A stretch of 64,000 nt of DNA from Methanomassiliicoccus sp. (GCA_018262895.1 JADFDJ010000010.1:17199-81198); one strand, 5' to 3'. Shown: positions 18,206-27,372, counted from the first letter of the stretch. A program made the numbers and translations. The notes: generated by a model not told the origin, from the sequence alone.

Positions 18206-18586
18206 CTACACTATCTCCAAGGTGATCCTCGCACCCTCACGGTCATAGGGCTGCCAGCTCCGCCGGTCAAAGGGGAGGCAGGTGATGATGTGAGTGTTGC
18301 CGAAGTTGCTGAACAGGTGCAGGTCCTCGTCCGAGGGCCGGTTGGACGGCCCGGGGTGGGAGTGGACCGTCCCCACCACGCTGAAGTCGATGGGCAGCAT
18401 GTGCAGCTGCATGGACGCGGAGTGCTCGTTGGAGATGCTGCCAGGGAAGAGTAGTATCTCTGTGATTATGCCCTCCTCCGCCCTGAGAGCGGCCACGAAC
18501 TCGTTGGGGAACGACTCCCGGGATGCCTCGTTGATCATGTCTAGGACATCCCCCTCGATCCCCCAAACCGACCTCCTCTTGCTCAT
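18206..18586 (-). CDS. JAB1/MPN/Mov34 (JAMM) metalloprotease
   Basis: JAMM motif in GTVHSHPGPSNRPSDEDLHLF (HxHx7Sx2D) with an upstream Glu (EF). 126 aa. Overlaps the nadK stop by 4 nt. Confidence 0.8.
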   Translation of the reverse strand: MSKRRSVWGIEGDVLDMINEASRESFPNEFVAALRAEEGIITEILLFPGSISNEHSASMQLHMLPIDFSVVGTVHSHPGPSNRPSDEDLHLFSNFGNTHIITCLPFDRRSWQPYDREGARITLEIV

Positions 18587-19389
18587 GGAGAGCAGACCAG
18601 CTTCTCCCGCAGGCGGTCGTAGAAGTCGCGTTCGAAGCGTACGAAGCGGCTCCTGGCCTCGGCCCTGGAGAACTCTGTCGGCTCGTCACCTTCCAGGGGG
18701 TGCTCGTGCTGCCCGTCGATGACGCACAGGCAGGGCTTGGGGCGTGAAAGCTCCAGCTGGATGCGGGAGGTGCTGGGGACCACCAGGGGCCGGGTGGCGA
18801 ACTTGAAGGGGGCCATGGGAGCGATGACAAAGGCGTCCATGCGGGGATCTATCACAGGGCCCCCAACGGACATGGCGTAGCACGTCGAGCCGGTGGGGGT
18901 GGATACGATTATCCCATCGGCCCTGACGTCCATGGCCAGCTGGTCATCGACGTACACGTGGAAGTGCCGTATCTTGGCCACGTGAGCGGTGTGGACCACG
19001 GACTCGTTGGTGGCATCGTACAGCCTCGTCCCGGCCACCTTCGTGGCCACCTTGATGCGGTCCTCCACGAAGTAGTCCCCTGAGAGCAGGCGGTCGATCC
19101 CAGCACTGAGGAAGGGCTCGGTAACCTCGGTGAGGAAGCCCAGGGCGCCGGCGTTGATCCCAAGTATGGGCGCATTGGTCCTCTGTAGGGAGCGCAGGAT
19201 CGTACCGTCCCCGCCCACTGTTATCAGGACATCCACGTCCATGTCCTCGATGGGCATCCCCGGTCTTCCGAACAGCCGTGCGATCCCTGACTCCAGGACC
19301 ACGTTCTGCCCCTCGAGCTTGCTCATCACCACCCTGCTCATCTTGATGGCCTCAGGTATCTCCGCGTTAGCCGTTATCCCCAACTTCAT
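18583..19389 (-). CDS. nadK: NAD kinase (ATP/polyphosphate-dependent family)
   Basis: TVGGDGTILR motif, NAGALGFL and the conserved C-terminal beta domain. 268 aa. Confidence 0.9.
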   Translation of the reverse strand: MKLGITANAEIPEAIKMSRVVMSKLEGQNVVLESGIARLFGRPGMPIEDMDVDVLITVGGDGTILRSLQRTNAPILGINAGALGFLTEVTEPFLSAGIDRLLSGDYFVEDRIKVATKVAGTRLYDATNESVVHTAHVAKIRHFHVYVDDQLAMDVRADGIIVSTPTGSTCYAMSVGGPVIDPRMDAFVIAPMAPFKFATRPLVVPSTSRIQLELSRPKPCLCVIDGQHEHPLEGDEPTEFSRAEARSRFVRFERDFYDRLREKLVCSP

Positions 19390-20177
19390 AGCATCAGCTC
19401 CTTGACCCTCGGGTCCCCGTAGGCGAGGAAGTTGCTCCTTGCCGAGAGGTCGAAGGGCATGTCCAGCCGTCTTCCCTTCAGGTCGACGATGTCGCCACCC
19501 GCCTCCCTGAGTATGAGGGCGCTGGCCGCGATGTCGATCACCCGTATGCCCTTCTCATAGACCTCGGTATTGAAATAGTATGCATCGAACCGTCCCTGGG
19601 CTACCAGAGCCATCTCCAAGGACGCGCACCCCATGGCCCTGACCCTCGAGGACCTCTTCACGAGCTCGAAGGCCCGGGGATGCGCGAAGCGGCCGAGGTA
19701 GAACAGCATGGCCGGCTCCTGCGTGGGAAGGCTGCGGACCCGGAGCGTAGTGCCGTTCATGGTGGCCCCATGACCTCTCTGGGCGCGGTACAGGTCCCCG
19801 TTCACCAGGTCCAGGAGGATGGCGTGCTGGATATCGTCAAGGGAGCGCCTTCCGACCGCCAGGGAGACGCTGAAGAAGGGGATGCCGTGTACGGAGTTGT
19901 GGGTACCGTCTATGGGGTCCACCACCAGGGTGTCCGGGTAGCCGCGGTCGACGTAGCCAGCCTCCTCGCTGAGCACGTTCAGCGGCAGGTCCCGCCCGTT
20001 GACCTCGCGGAGGATGACGTCCTCGGCGATCTTGTCGATGCTTTCCGTAGGTGTCCCGTCCGCCCCAATGTACAGTTCCCTACCCCGGTCGAAATCCCGG
20101 GGGAGGGCCTGCACCTCTTCCCTGACCAGCATGGCGATCCTTTCCAGCTCCGACTGCATCGCCTGCGGTATGCACAC
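19386..20177 (-). CDS. suhB: inositol monophosphatase / fructose-1,6-bisphosphatase family phosphatase (SuhB-like; possible NADP phosphatase)
   Basis: Metal-binding motifs SEE and VVDPIDGTHN, plus a C-terminal motif around IDIAASALILREAGG. Translationally coupled to nadK by a 4-nt overlap. Confidence 0.85.
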   Translation of the reverse strand: MCIPQAMQSELERIAMLVREEVQALPRDFDRGRELYIGADGTPTESIDKIAEDVILREVNGRDLPLNVLSEEAGYVDRGYPDTLVVDPIDGTHNSVHGIPFFSVSLAVGRRSLDDIQHAILLDLVNGDLYRAQRGHGATMNGTTLRVRSLPTQEPAMLFYLGRFAHPRAFELVKRSSRVRAMGCASLEMALVAQGRFDAYYFNTEVYEKGIRVIDIAASALILREAGGDIVDLKGRRLDMPFDLSARSNFLAYGDPRVKELML

Positions 20178-20341
20178 CCTCCTTTAACATTATTGCGAGG
20201 TGGAAACCACGACCACGTGGAATAAGAACGGGCTCCGACCGAAACTCCCATAAGGGAGAGAGATGAAAAAGGCCGGGTCCGACGGAGCACGGTCGACCGG
20301 CGATGGAAGGGCTAGGAAGGTGTGTTCGCGTGGAACGGGTT

Positions 20342-20602
20342 TTACTGACGTCCCATGGAGGGGATGTCGCTCAGCCCGGAGACCAGTTCCCGCACGCTGA
20401 CGGCAGAGCCGTACTCCAGCGCCAAAGACCGGGCCTCCGGTGCCGGAAGGCCAGAACGTACCAGCTCATGGTAGAAGCGCTTCTCCGCCTTCCGGGCCGC
20501 ACGCTTCATGCGAAGGTAGGACACGATCACCTTGAGGCCGACGCCAGGCCCGTACGCCACAGCGTACAGCACCGCGCTTCGGTCCTGCTGCTCCATCTTC
20601 AA
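20342..20602 (-). CDS. small hypothetical protein (86 aa)
   Basis: ORF overlapping the upstream ORF by 4 nt (ATGA). One hydrophobic segment (AVLYAVAYGPGVGLKVIVSYL) followed by a basic helix. No family recognised. Confidence 0.4.
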   Translation of the reverse strand: MKMEQQDRSAVLYAVAYGPGVGLKVIVSYLRMKRAARKAEKRFYHELVRSGLPAPEARSLALEYGSAVSVRELVSGLSDIPSMGRQ

Positions 20603-20904
20603 TCCTCCTGTGACCGCTCCTTCCTCTTCCAGTCACTGTCACCGCTCTGCGCCACGCCCCTGACGATATTGCCCAGGGACATGTTGCTCATATAGTCACG
20701 TGTGAGCTGGTAAGCCTGCTCGTTGGACATCCCCGACTCTTTCAGCGCCTTGAAGAAGTTGGCCACGGCCTTGCCGTACTCCTCGCTCTCCTTGGCCCCG
20801 TAAAGGATCTTGGCCAGGTTTTCGAGGAGACCTGGTACGGTCTCGGACAGCACCTTCATGATGTCCCTTATCTGCTCTGCATCCGGCATCTCATTGTTCG
20901 ACAT
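20599..20904 (-). CDS. small hypothetical helical protein (101 aa)
   Basis: ORF with coding-like GC3 codon bias. All-helical-looking sequence (DIMKVLSETVPGLLENLAKILYGAKESEEYGKAVANFFKALKESGM). No family recognised. Confidence 0.45.
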   Translation of the reverse strand: MSNNEMPDAEQIRDIMKVLSETVPGLLENLAKILYGAKESEEYGKAVANFFKALKESGMSNEQAYQLTRDYMSNMSLGNIVRGVAQSGDSDWKRKERSQED

Positions 20905-20984
20905 TGTCTTTCACCCCTTGTCACGTTGAGAACGCTCGCGGCCACCGACCTCGCCGTCCTCGCATCAACATATGAGTGTTCACT

Positions 20985-21443
20985 TCACTTATTCAATCCG
21001 AGCACTTCTGACCACTTTTCGACCACCCTCGCTGACACCCTGAAGGTCTTGGCCTTGCTCCCCTTCTCCTCGGCCAGCAGGTCCTGCCTCACCATCTCCT
21101 CCAGGCGCTCCCGCACGATCCTCCTGCTGGACGAGCCCGTTCTGGTCCTCAGCTCCTCGGAGATCTGGGAGATGTTGAGCCCCGGCCGGTCCATGAGTAT
21201 GCGCATGATCTCCCGGGACATGGGGTCCTTCAGCTCCGGCAGGATCACGTCCACGGCTATCACACCGTGCCTCTGGTACAGGTCCAGCAGCCGGAAGTAC
21301 TTCTGCACTATGCCCTGGAACTGCCCAAGCTGCTCCACCAGCTGGGAGTAGGGTCTGGTGACCTCTCGCAATGAGGACTCCAGGCTGGCGATGCGCTCGG
21401 TCAGCTCCTCTATCTTCCGGTCCTTTTCCTTTGTATCAGGCAC
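20985..21443 (-). CDS. coiled-coil plus winged-helix (ArsR/MarR-like) putative transcriptional regulator
   Basis: N-terminal heptad-like segment (KIEELTERIASLESSLREV). C-terminal wHTH-like segment (SREIMRILMDRPGLNISQISEELRTRTGSSSRRIVRERLEEMVRQDLL). Confidence 0.55.
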   Translation of the reverse strand: MPDTKEKDRKIEELTERIASLESSLREVTRPYSQLVEQLGQFQGIVQKYFRLLDLYQRHGVIAVDVILPELKDPMSREIMRILMDRPGLNISQISEELRTRTGSSSRRIVRERLEEMVRQDLLAEEKGSKAKTFRVSARVVEKWSEVLGLNK

Positions 21444-21573
21444 CGTGTATGAAGCGTACCGGCCGATAATAATACATTAGGGCTGCTCTGAGAAAAGGGA
21501 CCGCACGTCCCGCCGGGGCCTCTGCACCGCATTTATTTATCGATGGGCGCGTTCCTGGGCCCTGAGGCGGATC

Positions 21574-22227
21574 ATGAAGCGTACCGAGTTCGAGGGCGTC
21601 TATACTGACGGAGAAAGGCTGTACACGCGCAATTCCGCTCCTGGCAAGGCCGTCTACGGGGAGCGCCTGGTCAGCGTGGATGAGGTGCAATACCGTGAGT
21701 GGGTGCCCACGCGCAGCAAGCTGGCCGCGTACCTGAGGTCAGGAGGCACGTTCTTCCCCTTCCGCAGGGCGACCTCGGTCCTGTACCTGGGAGCGGCCAG
21801 CGGAACGACTGCCAGCCACATCGCCGACATCGTGGTCGAGGGCACGGTGTACTGTGTTGAGATCTCCCCGCGCTCCTTCCGCGACCTCGTCCCGGTGTGC
21901 GAGTCCCGTCCCAACATGGTCCCGTTCCTCGCCGATGCCACCAAGCCTCAGGAGTACTCCTTCGGGGTCTCGGGAGCGGATGTCGTCTACCAGGACATCG
22001 CCCAGAGGGGGCAGGCGCAGATATTCATCAAGAACTTCAAGGCGTTCTCAGCCCGGAGCGGCCTATTGGTCATCAAGTCCCGTTCCGAGGATGTGTCCCA
22101 GGACCCTCACCGCATCTACGAGGAGTCAAAGAGGCAGCTGCAGAGCGCGGGGCTGCAGGTGCGCGAGGTGGTCAAGCTCGATCCCATGGAGAAGGACCAC
22201 GCCATGATCGCGGTGGGTTCCCCATGA
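21574..22227 (+). CDS. flpA: fibrillarin-like rRNA/tRNA 2'-O-methyltransferase
   Basis: YREWVPTRSKLAA, SAM-binding VLYLGAASGTTASHIADIV and DVVYQDIAQ. Typical archaeal length of 217 aa. Confidence 0.92.
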   Translation: MKRTEFEGVYTDGERLYTRNSAPGKAVYGERLVSVDEVQYREWVPTRSKLAAYLRSGGTFFPFRRATSVLYLGAASGTTASHIADIVVEGTVYCVEISPRSFRDLVPVCESRPNMVPFLADATKPQEYSFGVSGADVVYQDIAQRGQAQIFIKNFKAFSARSGLLVIKSRSEDVSQDPHRIYEESKRQLQSAGLQVREVVKLDPMEKDHAMIAVGSP

Positions 22228-22580
22228 GGTACGTCTACTGCATCGCCTTCGATGGCGACGGCTTCATAATGGTCTTCAATCCCAAGAGGAACGGCTGGGA
22301 GATGCCGGGAGGCAAGGTCGAGGAGGGAGAGAGCGACCTGGAGGCAGCGAGGAGAGAGTTCCGCGAGGAGGTGGGGCACGATATGATCGAGATCTCGAGC
22401 AAGGAGGAGTCCCCCGAGGTCACGGTCTTCGCTGCACGCCTGGGGCCCCGGGTCGATGGGGGTGAGATGACCTGGCGCCGGTTCCAGGACCTGCCGGAGC
22501 GCCTGTCATTTCCCATGGTGGAGTACCTCCCTTTGATCGCCTGGGCGAGGGAACAGGTGTTTTCTAGCGCTACAAGATAG
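22224..22580 (+). CDS. NUDIX hydrolase
   Basis: Nudix box GGKVEEGESDLEAARREFREEVG (GX5EX7REUXEEXGU). ATG at 22224 overlaps the flpA stop (ATGA). The track ORF from 21897 is an in-frame extension over flpA. Confidence 0.8.
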   Translation: MRYVYCIAFDGDGFIMVFNPKRNGWEMPGGKVEEGESDLEAARREFREEVGHDMIEISSKEESPEVTVFAARLGPRVDGGEMTWRRFQDLPERLSFPMVEYLPLIAWAREQVFSSATR

Positions 22581-22618
22581 AGCATGCTCCTAACGGAGGC
22601 AAGCCCATTCTCGTCTTA

Positions 22619-22831
22619 CTATGTGAACTGCTCCGCCCTCCAGGACAGATCTTCTTGCATCATCCATTGGATGTGCACCACCATGCTGGGCGGTGTAGCG
22701 GTCCAGTGTCCACAAGCGAGTTCGGGCAGTTCCTGCCCTACCTTCATAATTCCTCGTTGGAGGATGTTCATAGAAGCGTTATGGTCACGTGAAAGATGGA
22801 GGCCGCAGTACGGGCAGTCGTGCCACCTCAG
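22619..22831 (-). pseudogene. C-terminal remnant of an IS200/IS605-family TnpB (OrfB zinc-ribbon tail)
   Basis: The minus-strand frame reads LRWHDCPYCGLHLSRDHNASMNILQRGIMKVGQELPELACG...*, matching the TnpB tail pattern C-P-x-CG...DRD-x-NA-x-NIL. There is an in-frame TAA immediately upstream (22832-22834), no start codon, and no RuvC-like body upstream. Confidence 0.6.
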
Positions 22832-22953
22832 TTAGATTTCACCCCCTCTGATCTAGGCTTATTTGCAATCCGAACAATATTAAATACCAGAACAGGGATT
22901 GGCTAAAACCTCGCCACCTAAACACCATTCGATTCACATTTGGAGACTTCACT

Positions 22954-23409
22954 ATGGCCCGTATGCACGCCAGGAGAAGGGGCAAGTCCGGTTCCCAGCG
23001 TCCGCTGATCACCGAGAACCCTGCATGGGTGCCCCTAAACAAGGACGAGATAGAGGAAAAGATCATTGCCATGGGCAAGGACGGCATCCCCGCCGCCCGC
23101 ATTGGCCTGTTGCTTCGCGACCAGTACGCCGTACCCGATGTAAAGCTGGCCACCGGAAGGACCGTTCTGGACATCCTCAAGGAGAACGACCTGCAGCCCA
23201 CCATCCCCGACGACCTGATCGCTCTGATGAGGAGGGCCATCAACCTGCAGACCCATCTCAACGAGAACAAGAAGGATGTTGCCAACAAGCGCAACCTCCA
23301 GATGGTGGAGTCCAAGATCCGCCGCATCGTGAAGTACTACAAGCGCGAGGGATCCCTCCCCGCGGACTGGCAGTACTCTATCGCCAACGCCGAGCTATTG
23401 ATCGAGTGA
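22954..23409 (+). CDS. rps15: 30S ribosomal protein S15 (uS15, archaeal/eukaryotic S13e type)
   Basis: MARMHARRRGKSGSQRP N-terminus and the conserved C-terminal S15 helix region (NKRNLQMVESKIRRIVKYY). 151 aa. Confidence 0.92.
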   Translation: MARMHARRRGKSGSQRPLITENPAWVPLNKDEIEEKIIAMGKDGIPAARIGLLLRDQYAVPDVKLATGRTVLDILKENDLQPTIPDDLIALMRRAINLQTHLNENKKDVANKRNLQMVESKIRRIVKYYKREGSLPADWQYSIANAELLIE

Positions 23410-23415
23410 TGGCAG

Positions 23416-24774
23416 ATGGAACCAGGCACCACGCTGCCTGATAAACTCCTTTCCCGCATTTCTATCGCCAAGGCGGAGATCGATCGCTTCCACGAGGTCC
23501 GCATCATCTCCCATTACGACGCGGACGGTATCTCCTCCGCAGGCGTGCTGTGCAACGCCCTCCTGCGGGCGGGCAAGCGCTTCCACGCCACCATGACCAA
23601 GTCCCTCACCAACGACCTCATCTCGGAGATGGCTGAGGGATGCGACCTTCTGATACTCAGCGACATGGGCTCCTCCCATCTGGATTCCCTTGAGGGGTTG
23701 CCATGCAAGGTGATCGTTCTTGACCATCATGCGCCCCCCCGGGACTCGGAGAAGGTTGTGCATGTCAATCCCCATCTCGCCGGGATCGACGGCATGACCT
23801 CCGGATCGGCGTCAGCCGTGTGCATGCTGCTGGCCGCGGAGATGGACGAGCGCAACTGGGACCTCCTGGGCATCGCCTTCGCCGGAATCGCCGGGGACCG
23901 CCAGGCCATCCGTGGCCTGTCAGGTCTGAACCAGTGGCTTTTCGAGGAGGGCTTGAAGCGGAACGTGGTGGAGGTCCGACCAGGCTCCATGCTTCCCGAG
24001 GGGGAGCTGTTGTCCGGTCTGGTGGGGTCCACCGATCCCTATGTCATAGGCGTCTCCGGCTCTCCTCAGGGTGCCAAGGCCCTCCTGGAGGAGGCGGGTG
24101 TCCCCCTTAATGCGAGGGCGGAGGATATCGATGAGACCCAGCGCATGAAGCTCTCATCACTGCTGGCATTGAAGCTCACGGCTCAGGGAACCCCCGTGGT
24201 CACCCTCGATGAGGTGGTCCACGAGCGCTACCATTTTCCTCGATGGGGCATGAGCGCGGACGCCTTTGCCAGCCTTCTCAACGCCTGCGGCCGCTCCAAC
24301 CACGAAGGGGTGGGACTGGCCCTGGCGCTGGGGGACGAGGAGGCCATGAAGCATGCCCGGGCCCTGAGGCAGGAGTATGTGGACGAGGTGCAGGCCTCCC
24401 TGCTGCGGGTGATCGGGAAGGGGATAACCAAGGGCGAGAACATCCAGTACTTCCTCAACGAGAACCTCGGCCTGTCCGGCATCCTTAGTGGTGTGACCAT
24501 GCAGTATTTCGGGGACCGCGACAAGCCCACACTGGCCCTGGCGGACACGGGTAATGAGATAAAGGTGTCCTCCCGGGGGACCTTCGAGCTTCTGGACCAG
24601 GGTGTGGACCTGGCAGCGGCGCTGCGGGAGAGCGCACAGAAGGTCGGCGGAGTTGGAGGGGGGCACCGCATCGCTTCGGGCGCGACCGTGCCCCGTGGCC
24701 GGGAAAAGGAGTTCCTGGACCTGGTCGATAAGATGGTGGGTGAGCAGAAGGCCCAGAAGAAGGACGCCGCGTGA
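23416..24774 (+). CDS. DHH-family phosphoesterase, archaeal RecJ-like (GAN/RecJ homologue)
   Basis: DHH motifs (ISHYDADGISSAG, ILSDMG, VLDHH) and a DHHA1-like C-terminus (GGGHRIASG). It sits directly after rps15, an arrangement I recall as common in archaea. Confidence 0.8.
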   Translation: MEPGTTLPDKLLSRISIAKAEIDRFHEVRIISHYDADGISSAGVLCNALLRAGKRFHATMTKSLTNDLISEMAEGCDLLILSDMGSSHLDSLEGLPCKVIVLDHHAPPRDSEKVVHVNPHLAGIDGMTSGSASAVCMLLAAEMDERNWDLLGIAFAGIAGDRQAIRGLSGLNQWLFEEGLKRNVVEVRPGSMLPEGELLSGLVGSTDPYVIGVSGSPQGAKALLEEAGVPLNARAEDIDETQRMKLSSLLALKLTAQGTPVVTLDEVVHERYHFPRWGMSADAFASLLNACGRSNHEGVGLALALGDEEAMKHARALRQEYVDEVQASLLRVIGKGITKGENIQYFLNENLGLSGILSGVTMQYFGDRDKPTLALADTGNEIKVSSRGTFELLDQGVDLAAALRESAQKVGGVGGGHRIASGATVPRGREKEFLDLVDKMVGEQKAQKKDAA

Positions 24775-25755
24775 TCAGCGCCAGGTAACTTCCACCTCAT
24801 CGGTGCGGAAGCGCTGGTCCACCTTTGTGTCCTCGACCTTCATACGAACGCCTGCCCTGTGCATGATCATGCCGGTCCAGGCGATCATGGCGCCGTTGTC
24901 TATGCACAGCTTGGGCTCGGGCACGTACATCTCCCCGCCCCGGTCGTGGGCCATCTGGGCCACCATTGCCCTCAGGCGCTTGTTCTGCACCACACCGCCC
25001 CCGAGGAGCACTTCGCTCTTCTCGATGTGCGCCATGGCCCTCTCGGTGACCTCGGATAGCATGGCGAAGCAGGTCTCCTGTACGGAAAAGCATATGTCCT
25101 CCAGTCTCTCGCCGCGGGAACGGTGGGCCATGGCCGCGGTCATTATCCCTGAGAAGGCAAGGTCCATCCCCTTCACCGAATAGGGGAGCTCCAGCAGCTT
25201 GTCGCCCTCCAGGGCCAGCTTCTCTATCTTAGGTCCCGCATAGTAGCCCAGGCCCAGCTCCCGTCCCAGCTTATCGAACATGTTCCCGATCCCTATGTCC
25301 AGGGTCTCCCCGAAGATGCGGAAGCGGCCGTTGGTGAACGATATCACCTGGGTGTTGCCGCCTGAGGCATACAGGAGCACGGGATCGATGCACTCGGTCT
25401 TGGCGACACCCACCTCCAGGTGGGCGATGCAGTGGTTCACCCCGACGATAGGGCGGTCCAGGGACATGGCCAGGGCACGCGCGGCAGTGGCCACGGTACG
25501 AAGGCACGGCCCCAATCCCGGCCCTTGGGAGAAACAGACCACGTCCACATCTCGGAGCTGTATGCCCGCGCTTGCCACAGCCCTGTTTATGAGTGTCACC
25601 ACGACCTCGGAATGGTGGTTGGCCGCCTCACGGGGATGGATGCCCCCTCTCTCGGGACGGTACATGTCGAGCTCGTTCGCCAGGATGTTGGCGTTCTCGT
25701 CCACGATCCCCACCCCGCATGTGTGGGCCGTGCCCTCGATCCCCAGACAGATCAT
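24775..25755 (-). CDS. kae1: tRNA N6-adenosine threonylcarbamoyltransferase Kae1 (KEOPS subunit), not fused to Bud32
   Basis: [31 protein letters not shown] and the C-terminal DNGAMIAW motif. 326 aa. Confidence 0.92.
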   Translation of the reverse strand: MICLGIEGTAHTCGVGIVDENANILANELDMYRPERGGIHPREAANHHSEVVVTLINRAVASAGIQLRDVDVVCFSQGPGLGPCLRTVATAARALAMSLDRPIVGVNHCIAHLEVGVAKTECIDPVLLYASGGNTQVISFTNGRFRIFGETLDIGIGNMFDKLGRELGLGYYAGPKIEKLALEGDKLLELPYSVKGMDLAFSGIMTAAMAHRSRGERLEDICFSVQETCFAMLSEVTERAMAHIEKSEVLLGGGVVQNKRLRAMVAQMAHDRGGEMYVPEPKLCIDNGAMIAWTGMIMHRAGVRMKVEDTKVDQRFRTDEVEVTWR

Positions 25756-25769
25756 GGTGGTGCGTTGGT

Positions 25770-26018
25770 CTAGGCCTTCTTTCCGTTCTCGGACAATTGG
25801 TTGAGGCGGGCCATTATCGCTATGGCCCCTTCGGTGACCTCGTCGTCGACGACTAGAATGGGAGTGTGCTTGCCCAGGATCTCATAGTATGCAGCTTCTG
25901 CGAGACCTTCAGGAGTGGAGGTATCCACCAGGCTGACACTGAGGGCGGATGGGATTCTCTCCTTGATGTAGTCGCATTTCTGACATCCAGGCTTAGTAAA
26001 GAGCAGAATCTCTGGCAT
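25770..26018 (-). CDS. glutaredoxin/thioredoxin-like small redox protein
   Basis: 82 aa. [19 protein letters not shown] carries the CxxC motif in a Grx/NrdH-like context. Confidence 0.65.
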   Translation of the reverse strand: MPEILLFTKPGCQKCDYIKERIPSALSVSLVDTSTPEGLAEAAYYEILGKHTPILVVDDEVTEGAIAIMARLNQLSENGKKA

Positions 26019-26117
26019 CTGATTCCCACCTCAATACGGGAGTGGGATTAATACATTTTCATCATTCTCCTGAGCGCTCTGAGGTAGTGGTTTATATCAC
26101 CATATCCCGATGACCAG

Positions 26118-26483
26118 ATGGATGGGACGATGGGGACCAAATTGAGGGCTCAATGCAAGGCCTGTGGCTTTCGGTCCGAGGACCTCTACACAGGGTTCGG
26201 CTTCCAGGGCGCAGGAGATCACTACATGTGGCCGGCGATATGCCCGAAGTGCCAAAGCTTCGGCCTCAAGGATCAGCGGCACCCTCCACAAACATGCCGG
26301 CGGTGCCGTTCGGTCATGGTGTTCTACGGCTCCCAGGATTTCTCGCAGAAATACTATCCTGACCAAACTAAGGCGGAGCCTGTGGGGGAGGATGCCTCCT
26401 CCAACATCCTGATCGGCCGCCATGTGTGTCCGTCCTGCGGGAAAGTGGAGCTCACATTCGAGGATGTCGGGTACTGGTCCTGA
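26118..26483 (+). CDS. hypothetical multi-zinc-ribbon protein
   Basis: 121 aa with four CxxC pairs (CKAC, CPKC, CRRC, CPSC). No family recognised. Confidence 0.5.
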   Translation: MDGTMGTKLRAQCKACGFRSEDLYTGFGFQGAGDHYMWPAICPKCQSFGLKDQRHPPQTCRRCRSVMVFYGSQDFSQKYYPDQTKAEPVGEDASSNILIGRHVCPSCGKVELTFEDVGYWS

Positions 26484-26738
26484 AGCAATGTGAGACTACG
26501 ATGGCCTCATCTCAATATATCGCCGCGATCTGTAATGGAGAATGATGGGGGATGAGATCATCATCGGTTTTCTCCCAAAGAGGATAGGTCCGGGGTACAT
26601 CCTATAAATATATCATCCTCCCAATGAAAACGAGAAATCGATGAGAGCGATAAAAAATCGCCGCTCGACCTCAATACCTGAGGGGGGGACGGTCGGGCAG
26701 GCGTTGATCCCAGATAGCCTCAGCTCTGACGGGCAGAG

Positions 26739-26978
26739 GTGCAGCCTATGATTCAGGACGTGCCAATGGCGAAAGTGCTGGGCATGGGTGTGTTCGAGGT
26801 CGGTTGCGTGACCTTGGCATGGTCCATCTACAGCCTCATACCGCGTGAGGGAATGTACGTTCTGGACGCCTCCGCCATGACCTCCCTGATGGTGAACATG
26901 CTGACACTGGCAGTGGCGGCCATCCTTATCTCCACGGGCATGTTCTTCGTGGTCTATGGGGAGGACCTTTTCGATTGA
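26739..26978 (+). CDS. small hypothetical membrane protein
   Basis: 79 aa with two hydrophobic helices. GAGGTG lies 7 nt upstream of the ATG. Confidence 0.4.
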   Translation: MQPMIQDVPMAKVLGMGVFEVGCVTLAWSIYSLIPREGMYVLDASAMTSLMVNMLTLAVAAILISTGMFFVVYGEDLFD

Positions 26979-27214
26979 CAGGTACCTATCTGTGGTCGTT
27001 CTGGTGGCATGCCATGGTTGCCAACTATGGGAACGTGGCCGCCTCACATCCCGAACCTCTTGTCTTTTCTGAAAAGTGTTCGAGAATTATACCAATTTAT
27101 TCTCAATGTAAATAATAAACATATCCAGCATCATCAGGACGTTATTTTTTCCCTCTGGCCAACAGCGAAAAGGATATAGACCAGGACGATATATGGACCA
27201 ATCCCGCAGTACAA

Positions 27215-27287
27215 GGGCTCATGGTCTAGTGGCTATGACGTCTCCCTGACACGGAGGAGATCGCCGGTTCGAATCCGGCTGAGCCCA
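27215..27287 (+). tRNA. tRNA-Val (anticodon GAC)
   Basis: GGGCTCATGGTCTAGTGGCTATGACGTCTCCCTGACACGGAGGAGATCGCCGGTTCGAATCCGGCTGAGCCCA. The acceptor stem GGGCTCA/TGAGCCC pairs. The anticodon stem is TCTCC/GGAGG with loop CTGACAC. T-arm is GCCGGTTCGAATCCGGC. Confidence 0.9.
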
Positions 27288-27372
27288 CTCATTCTCACCA
27301 TCATGTCCTGCCTTTCTGAAAGCGAGGGCCCTAAGGATGGTCTAACTCCCACTAAGTTCATCTATCTAATCC

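Noticed and set aside
22584-22835. 83-aa plus-strand ORF after the NUDIX gene.
   Set aside because: It is Cys/Ser/Trp-rich with no recognisable family. The opposite strand reads a clear TnpB zinc-ribbon tail, so the plus ORF is a shadow of that remnant.
26484-26738. C/D box sRNA candidates in intergenic regions, here and at 46196-46328, 56885-57050 and 62400-62489, searched because fibrillarin and Nop5 are in the window.
   Set aside because: Only isolated UGAUGA-like or CUGA strings were found, without the C/D'/C'/D arrangement or terminal stem. A dedicated sRNA scan is needed.
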